A stretch of DNA of 64,000 bases from Ascoidea asiatica JCM 7603 (lineage: Eukaryota > Fungi > Ascomycota). The notes below the pieces were generated by a model. That model ran no database searches, was not told the origin of the DNA, and was given only the letters and a program-made list of their open reading frames with translations. A program made the translations under genes and the position numbers. Every line of letters begins with the position of its first letter. Position 1 is the first letter of the stretch. The stretch is taken from positions 367,091-431,090 of the forward strand of contig BCKQ01000011.1 of assembly GCA_001600695.1 (NCBI GenBank), read 5' to 3'. Shown here piece after piece: positions 57,076-64,000 of the stretch.

Positions 57076-60000
57076 CTAACGACGTTTCTTTGATCCAAAG
57101 TTTTGAGGATCTGTAGTATTCAACTTTCTTTTCTTTCCTTGTTTTGAAAAATAATCTTTCTTTCTTTCTTTTTCTTTTTCTTTTCTGAATTCTCCAACTT
57201 TTTCTAATTTCTTTATTCTTTCTTTATTCTTCTCCATTTTCTTAGCTTTTCTTTTAGTATCTTTATCTTTCTTTATAGATGTTATATTTCGAATTAAATC
57301 TCTTTCTTTTCGTTCCTCAATACCAATCACAACTGCTCTTTTTTGCATATATGTTTTATGTTTTTGAGGTTTCATTGTAGAAATTTGTGATTTAAATGGT
57401 AATCCCATTTTTATTGATTTTGGAACTCTTAATGGATTAAATCTTCTTTCTTCTCTAACAATTTTTTCATATTTAGAATTTTCATTATTTTCAATTGAAA
57501 TATTCATATCTGCTTTTAATTTTCCAATTAATCTCATACCTTTCCATTCTTTTTGATCTCTAATTAATAATGAAGAAACTGGATTATAAAATTTTTTAAT
57601 TTTTACTGGATACCAAGTTCTTAAAAATACTATATCACTCATTAAAATTTTATCTTCAAATGCTGCTCTAAAACATCCTTCTGGTTTTGATAATGCTCTT
57701 TTAATTTCTCCTCTTATACCTGAAACTGTTTTAATTGAAGCTCCTTCAAATTTTGCAACTTCTAATGATGTTGAAAACATATCTTTTATAAATGCTGTAT
57801 TTCTAAATATTTTATATGGATATCCAACTAATTTTAATTTTTTAACAATTTCAACTGAATTATCAACTTCTTCAATAATTCCAGTTGCTGCAATTCTAAA
57901 ACTACCTGTAGTATCACTATTTGCAACTATTTGCATTGCACAAAATGTTGTATTTGGTGCAACTAATGGTCCATAAAATGATGCATTACAATATGCATGT
58001 TCTGGTGTATATTTTAACATTCTTGTTCTTGTTCTAGAATCTGTAGTTGTATAAATTGGAATTGTTTGAAATCTTCTCCATCCTAATGATATAATTAATG
58101 CATCATTAGATTTTAATATTTTTTTATGCCAACGATGACGTCTAATTCTTGTATTTAAAACTCCAAATCTATCTTCTGTTGATAATAATCCTCCAATAAC
58201 TACTGGAAAAATTGGATTAAAATTTTCAATAAATTCATAAGGTAATGATTCAAATGTCATTTTTATATAATTTCCTGCTTTAATACCTTCAACTCTAATT
58301 CTTGATTCTGGATCCATTTTAGAATATTGAATTTTATTAATTTCTAATTGTTTTGACATTTTTGCTTTTTGAAGTTCATACCATGTATCTTCTTCACCTT
58401 GTAGATCAAGCCCAACTTTATCTCCACCTTCTTCAGCTTCAAATTGTAATCTTAATTGTTCTTTCTTTTTTGCTGTTAATTTTCTTTTTTCTTCAGTAGT
58501 AAGATTCTCAAATTCTTCATTTAATCTTTCTTTTTCCTTGTTTTCTTCTTCATCATCATCATTATCACTATCAAAGTCTGCGAAATCATCATCGTCATCA
58601 TCTTCATTGTTATTATCTTTTGACTTAGATTTTGATTTCGATTTAGATTTCGATTTACTTTTACCGTTATTTTCTTCATCTTCAAGATCTTCAAAATCAC
58701 CGAAAAGTTCTCCATCTTCATCATCATCATCATCTTCTGAATTAATTTCATTATCATCATCTCCATTTGATAGTTTCTGACGAATAATGAATTTCTTTTT
58801 TAATAAACTTAAAGCAGAAGGTTTTTCATCATCATCTTCATCATCATCATCATCATCTTCATTTTGATTATTACCATCATTAATTCCACTCCATTTAGAT
58901 TCTAAACTTTCAACTTTTGGAAATATTGGTTTTGAATTATCTAAATCATCAAAATCTTTAGATTTATTTCTTCTATTGAAAAAATTTACATCCTTATCTT
59001 TTTCAATATCTTCTTCTTCTTCTTCTTCTTCTTCATTTTCTTCATTCTTAACTGAATGTTTTTTATTAAATACTCTATTTATAACATCTTGCGGATCAAT
59101 ATTATTCATATATAATAATTTATTTAAATCCCATTTTATTCTTGAATCACCTTTTAATTTCTTTGCAGTTTTTCTCCATTCATTTAATTCAGGATCTGAA
59201 TAATCATCATCATCATCAGAATTGAGTTGTGTACTTTCTTCAAATTGTAAATCTTCTTTGGATTTTGAAGAATAAAAATTTTTCTTAACTCTTTCAAAAC
59301 GTTCATTTTCATCTTCTTCATCTAAATCATCATCAATAAAATCATTATCATCAAAACGATCATCTTTAAAATTAGCTTCTTTGAAACCTTTATCATTTGA
59401 AAAATCATCTTGTTCATATTTACTCCCTATTGTTCTTGGTTTTCTTAAAGTATGTCTACCTGTAGAATTTTTCATATCTTCTTCAGTTTCTTCTTCTTCT
59501 TGGTCTTCTTCTTCAGAATCATCTAAATCTTCAAGACCATTAATTTTTTTAGAATTTGAAAATAATTGAAATTGAGAATTAATTTCATTTTCATTTAAAT
59601 TATTTTTAGATAAATCATTAACTAATTTTTCAGTAAATTCAGTTTCTTCTGATTTTTTTTTATTAAAATTATTAAATTCATTATCATTACCCATATCAAT
59701 ATATACAGCATCTTTATCAACTAAAACACCTCCAACATCAGCCATTGGTGCATAAATAATTTTTTGTCTATCTTCTAATCTTTTTCTTCTTTTAACTTTT
59801 GGTACTTTTATATCATTTAAATTTTTATCACCATTTTTTTCATCAATTTCTTTTTGTTTTTGTAATTCATCAATTTTTTCTTCAAAATATGGTGTTGGAC
59901 ATGGATCTGGTAAAATTTCTATTGAATTAATTTTATAATCTCCAATACCAGGAATATGAACACTTTGATTATTTAATGATAATGGAGTACCATGTAAATA

Positions 60001-60884
60001 ACCATACATTGCTAATTTTCTATCACATTTTTGATTTATTGAAATTTTATTTGGATGAGTTAAATCTGTAATTCTATCAGCTAAGATATATGAATGTTCA
60101 TTTCTCCATTTTAATGGTCTAAATTTCATTGTTGATAAAAATCTAGATAAATTTAAAACTTCTCTATCCGGATATCTACCATTAATTATACCAGAAAAAT
60201 AAAATAATTTTGCACCTTTATAAACTTCAGTCCATAATCTATGTTTTAATTTTTTTTTTGAAGTTCTTAAAGTTGAAGTTGAAGTAAATAAATCTAAATG
60301 AGTTGCAATTGCTAAAACTCTTGGCATACCATGATGTTGAGCAATATTTAAAAATTCCATTGTTTCCATTTCAAAACCAAAATTTCCATCAATTAATAAT
60401 AAAACTATATCTGCAATTTTTGCAATATCAATCATTGAAGATAAATCATTTGAAACTTCCATGAATGTTAATCTTCTTCTTTTTCCAGAAACTATAGTTA
60501 TTGGACCTCTAATATCATTTAAAGTTGATTTTGTTAATCTTTTAATTAAAGATTTTATTAAAGTTGTTTTACCTGTACCTGGTGGACCAACCACAGCAAC
60601 AATTATTGGTGGTGGATCAGTATCTATTGATCTATCAATCATTGGAACATGAAGTTTTTTTTCTTTAATATCATGACTACGAAGAGCAGCTCTACGAGCC
60701 TTATTTGGGGCAGAAACTGCAAAACCTTTATGGCCTGCACTTGGTGCAACATTCTAAAATAATTGAAAAAAAAAAAATTGTTAGTAATTTGAAGTTTTTT
60801 AATAAATTTTTTTGAAATTTTCATTCATTAAAATTTATTGAAATATAAAGTGAAATTGAAAATTAAATAACATACTTTACCCAT
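57076..60884 (-). CDS. BMS1: 40S biogenesis GTPase Bms1; exons 60884-60876 and 60753-57076; about 1228 aa
   Basis: ATGGGTAAA|GTATGT..TACTAAC..TAG|NVAPSAGHKGFAVSAP...KKLHVPMIDR; VVGPPGTGKTTLI, RTRMLKYTPEH, AAFEDKILMSD. Confidence 0.96.
60754..60875 (-). other. Spliceosomal intron (122 nt) in BMS1
   Basis: GTATGT donor, TACTAAC branch, TAG acceptor; phase 0, in frame with the downstream ORF. Confidence 0.9.
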
Positions 60885-61781
60885 TTTTAAGTAATTTTCT
60901 TTTATAATATTTTCACAGTTGTTAATCTTTGTGATTTTTCTAATTATTCAAGTACCTCCATATATAACTTTTTTGCTCCAGTTATGTCTTTTCAGGTTTT
61001 CAAGTTTTCAAGTTTTCACCAAACAGATTATTTTTACTATTTTTCATCAAAGTCTACTAATTTTTCAGTAACCCAAATGAGTTTATCAAATTTGATCAGT
61101 TGAAAAAAAATAAAATATTTTTTTTACCTATATCACGTGTAATATGGTAGCCAGAATAATGGGGTTGAAAACTTTAAACAATTGCATAAATGTTGCATAT
61201 TTAAGCATGATAAAACATAAAACAAGTCCTATGAAATTGGATTTAAACATGCACATGTTATGCTTGTGGCCAGTTTGATGGTAGATGACTTTTTAGGTTT
61301 TAGAACCACAGAAAAGAAAATAGAGCCAGTTGAGAATGTTATATTTTAAGCTAGATTTATAGATTTTATACATTGAGATAAGTTAATTATATTGGATATT
61401 ATATTATTCTTAAAATATAGCAGAGTAACTTTAAGTTTTCATTTGAATGATAAATCATAAAGTAGATTCAGAAAGACCTTTTTCAGATACTTCAGGTTGA
61501 AATTAATTGTATAAAATTTGATAATAATTTGAAAATCAAATTGAAAATAAGAATTTAAAGTATGTATAATATGTAAAATTAATGCAATTTTGAAAGAAAT
61601 TTAATGACAAAAGTGAAAAATATATTGAATGATAAGTATTTCAATATGTTTTATAGTATATAGATATATATAAATAGAAAAAATTTGATATTAATAAGAT
61701 TTTTGAGAAAAAAAAAAGTTTATTGAGGATAAATTTATTAATACATATTTACAATAAATTTCATCATTTATTTGTCTTAAA

Positions 61782-62603
61782 TTAATTATTTTTATTTACT
61801 TTATTTTCAACTTCTTTATTATCTTTATTATCCTTTTTATCAATATTCGATTGATTATCTATTAAATTATCTAAAGAAGAATTTAAAGCAAGTGAAGATT
61901 TTAAAGAATTTAAAGAATTAAGTTCATTAATTTTTGAATTATTTTTAATGAAATTTGAATTTTTTATAATTTCAAAAGTTGGAGATTTTATTATAAACTT
62001 AATTTTTGAAGAATTTTCTTCCCAAATTAAATCAAAAGGATTATTTAATTTCCAAAATAAATTAAGATCATTATTTAATAGATCTTTTGAATCATCATCA
62101 ATTATTAAACTACCAAGTTTTTGAAATTCTAAATTAGAATCTGATTCAATATCACCTTCCGCTTGAGATTCAGATTCCAATTGAGATTTATATCTTGAGT
62201 CTTGTTGAGAATTATTTTTAGCATTATTATCATCATTGGTATTATGAATAATTTTATTTAATTTATTTAAATCAATTTTATTATTTAAAATATCATTCAT
62301 AATTATATCATTTTTTATACAAAGTTGATCATGATAATAAATTGGAACAAAAGTATAAATAGAAGAAGGTACATAAATACCTAAAGGATTATTAAGTAAA
62401 ATACTTTTTGAATATAATTCTAAAATAAATTCATTACTTATATCAAATTTTTTATCATTAATTAATTTTTCATTTGAATTTAAATTTAATTTTTTACTCA
62501 ATGATATTAAATTTTTTCTATAATTATTGATTAAATAATCTTGATCATTTGTAATTTGTTGATTATTATAAATAATATTAGTATTTTTAATATTTTTATT
62601 ATC

Positions 62604-62635
<32 letters not shown>

Positions 62636-62854
62636 ATTTAATATCATATAAAGTTTTTGGTAAAAGTTTATTTAAGATTTTTTCTCTATTTTGAGGTAAG
62701 AATAAGAAATTTGTATTTAAATAAAATTCACTTCTTTCCAAAAGAGATCTAACTGGAGGTTCATTATAAAAAATTAAACCCCACCATGGAACTTTATAAA
62801 GTGGTTTACCAATATTACCAATATTATTATTTTTTTGATTATTTTTCCTAGTTA

Positions 62855-62897
<43 letters not shown>

Positions 62898-63491
62898 ATT
62901 ATTATCATTTTTATTATTATTTAAATTAATATTTAAATCAATTGAATTATAATTTATTTGATTAATTGAATTTTCAACTCTATTTTGATAATTTATTGCA
63001 TCTTGATAAAATGGATCAAAATCTGCGAAATATAATCTATAATATTCTAAAAAAGATAATAAATTTAAAGATAAACCAATTGAATAATTTGTAAATTTTA
63101 AAAATCTTGGTAAAATTAATGAATTTTTTTTTTTAATTGGTTGAAAATTATTTAAATTATTAAAAGTTTGATTAATTAATTTTGATTTTATAAATGTTTT
63201 TCTACCAATAATTATAAAACCTAGACCTAAAAAAGATTGAAAAATTGCTAATTTTAAACATGAATCTTTATATGATGGATATGGTACTAATGGACCAAAT
63301 AAAAATAAACCTGGAGTTACTCTTTTTTTAAAAGATAATTTTAATTCTTTTTTGTTTAAATCATTATTTAAATTCTTGTTATTGTTACTGTTATTGTTAT
63401 TGTTATTGTTATTGGTTGTATTATTATTTCCAGTATCAGAATCTTTTGAATTTAATAATGAAGTAATAAATGAAGGAATTCCCATTCCCAT
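61782..63491 (-). CDS. MGR1: Mitochondrial i-AAA protease adaptor Mgr1
   Basis: PGLFLFGPLVP, FQSFLG, FLEYYRLYFADFDPF, WWG, LERSEFYL, NPFDLIWEENSSKIKFI parallel Mgr1 (LGLKLWGPLVP, LLELTRL..YDPW, KWFG, DPWMTLALETSLSIKFI). First ATG at 63491 (the track start is a TTG). Confidence 0.82.
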
Positions 63492-63972
63492 TTCTTTTTC
63501 TTTTTCTTTTTCTTTTCTTCGTTTCTTCTGTTCTTTTGTATTCCTTGTCTCTTTATTCTTAAACAATGTATATTTCTCTTAATAAAAGTTCTTTCAATTG
63601 AATGAATTGAATTGAATTGAATAATAGATGTTTATAAAGTATATGAAGTTAATTATTTTACTTTCTATTCGATTCTTCATACAAAGCACTCCAGAGTCTC
63701 TGAGAACTTATCCACCAATAAATCGTGCTCATCCACAAAGAAAAAACTTAACAAGGCGCATTAAAATATTTAATGCTTAATTGGGAAAAACGAGGCTAGT
63801 TCATTTTTTAAGCATTTATTTACAGAAACAAACAGTCACCTACTTTTACGCGCATGCTCATTGAATTTTGTAAAAAAATAAAATGAAATTGAACTTCACA
63901 AAGAAAACAGTTGAAATTGATAATGATAAAGAAGTTATTGTAATTTGATTTGATCAATAAGAGTAAGATATC

Positions 63973-64000
63973 TATATATATATATATATATATATATATA
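63973..64000. repeat. (TA)n microsatellite, continuing off the window
   Basis: Read directly. Confidence 0.9.

Overview
Very AT-rich (about 20-25% GC by eye) nuclear DNA of a budding yeast (Saccharomycotina, probably outside Saccharomycetaceae; species not determinable). It holds about 23 protein-coding genes: EOS1 (runs off the left edge), ALB1, a short DBD+OB4 CDC13-like gene, RPE1, a secreted CBM1-GH45 endoglucanase, an ADH, an F-box-like gene, the divergent H2B/H2A pair, ENV9, LEM3, a 115-aa orphan, a 939-aa coiled-coil/low-complexity orphan, a YNL190W-like repeat GPI protein, SSO1/2, SSE1, ZRC1/COT1, a 381-aa orphan, a HAP4-like factor, GTR1, a 1429-aa possible karyopherin, BMS1 and MGR1. 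HAP4-like, GTR1 and BMS1 have 5' introns that the ORF track missed. No tRNA, rRNA, CRISPR array or recognisable transposon was found. Most notable: H2A has Glu at the normally invariant, Nop1-methylated Q105. The cellulase has a Mucorales-like layout and altered residues next to the active site. Cdc13 is minimal and Gtr1 is unusually diverged. Promoters are sharp GC-rich islands with recurring motifs (GAGACC, ATCACGTGTAATA), and two islands have no gene to drive. Homology calls rest on recalled motifs, not database searches.
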